Positions 63,187 through 64,000 of a stretch of DNA of 64,000 nt are shown here, piece after piece. The stretch's first letter is position 1, and each line of letters opens with the position of its first letter. Below the pieces are notes generated by a model, which was given only the letters and a program-made list of their open reading frames with translations, had not been told where the DNA came from and did no database searches. A program made the position numbers and the translations under genes. Source of the DNA: Octopus sinensis (Eukaryota); contig NC_043007.1 in the NCBI RefSeq assembly GCF_006345805.1, forward strand, positions 25,606,001 through 25,670,000, read 5' to 3'.

Positions 63187-63652
63187 TGAGTGAGAGAGCA
63201 CCGCCTTGACTGGCTTCTGTGCCGGTAGCACAAAAAAAAAAAAAAAGAAAGCACCAACTGATCGTGGCCGATGCCAGATCCCTCTGGCACCTGTGCAGGT
63301 GGCACGTAAAAAGCACCCACTACACTCGCAGAGTGGTTGGCGTTAGGAAGGGCATCAAGCTGTAGAAACACTGCCAGATCAGACTGGAGCCTGGGGCAGC
63401 CCCTGGCTCCCCAGACCCCGGTCGAACCGTCCAACCCGTGCTAGCGCGGAAAACGGACATTAAACGATGATGATGATGATGATGATGATGATGAGAGCAG
63501 TTCATGCCATCAAAGTGACACTGGGGTAAAATATACGAAGCCCAATATACCCATCATGACTACCCGTCTGATAAGGGTACACCAGGCACATGCATCACAA
63601 CCATATGTGCACGACATGGTGATCTCATATCAAGATAAACAGCACATGACCT
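63187..63652 (+). mobile_element. 550-bp element copy E (partial), interrupted by a family B insertion at 63201-63492
   Basis: (TTA)n-TGAGTGAGAGAGCA, then family B, then GAGAGCAG resumes; apparent TSD GAGAGCA. Confidence 0.75.
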
Positions 63653-64000
63653 ATCTAACAAATCCACTCACAAGGCTTAGGTCGACCCAGGGCTATAGTA
63701 GAAGACATTTGCCCACGGTGTCATGCAGTGGGACTGAACCCAGAACCATGTACGTTGGAAAGCTAATTTCTTACTACTCAGCCACCCCTTGCTGTTACTT
63801 TCTTCATTTGTCTTTTTTTCTCTCTCAATATTCAGTCACAGGAACAGTAGCTTATATGACCATTTTCAAAGCTCTCTGAGATTAGTGGAGGGAAAAGGTA
63901 GAAAGAAATCTAGTGTGATTGAGGCTGCAGTAGAAAGCTACAGCAGCCCTGAATTTTGAATTATCTCCCTTGTGATTGGAGACCTGGTCTGAACATTTTA

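Overview
Eukaryotic, AT-rich genomic DNA saturated with microsatellites and transposons. The SINE repertoire (tRNA-Arg-like heads, (GAT)n- and (AAAGAGT)n-tailed families) suggests an octopod cephalopod; this is an inference. The only host gene I can support is FBXO11 on the + strand. Eleven consecutive GT-AG exons (16608-63085, 1420 nt, about 473 codons) splice in frame and encode the region after the F-box plus most of the PbH1/CASH beta-helix repeats. The F-box exons and the C-terminal UBR-zinc-finger exons were not found and presumably lie outside the window. One intron (32334-59624) is nominally 27.3 kb and contains a 100-N scaffold gap. Everything else is intronic: SINEs of at least four families, 3' fragments of RTE, CR1/L2-group and R4/Dong-like LINEs, a DD34D mariner relic, Tc1/hAT/piggyBac-type MITEs, Helitron/Helentron-like elements, Penelope-like remnants, long hairpins and simple repeats. 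Most computed ORFs are microsatellite or SINE artefacts. The best leads are: a strand-specific (TAA)n-targeting retroelement set (R4/Dong-like LINE relics plus a 550-bp non-coding passenger); degenerate minimal hammerhead motifs; a snap-back palindrome that looks like an aborted retrotransposition; several long intronic hairpins near exons (possible ADAR substrates); LINE-SINE tail partnerships visible within the window; and a candidate recursive splice site. All alignments were made by eye; family names come from recalled motifs, not database searches.
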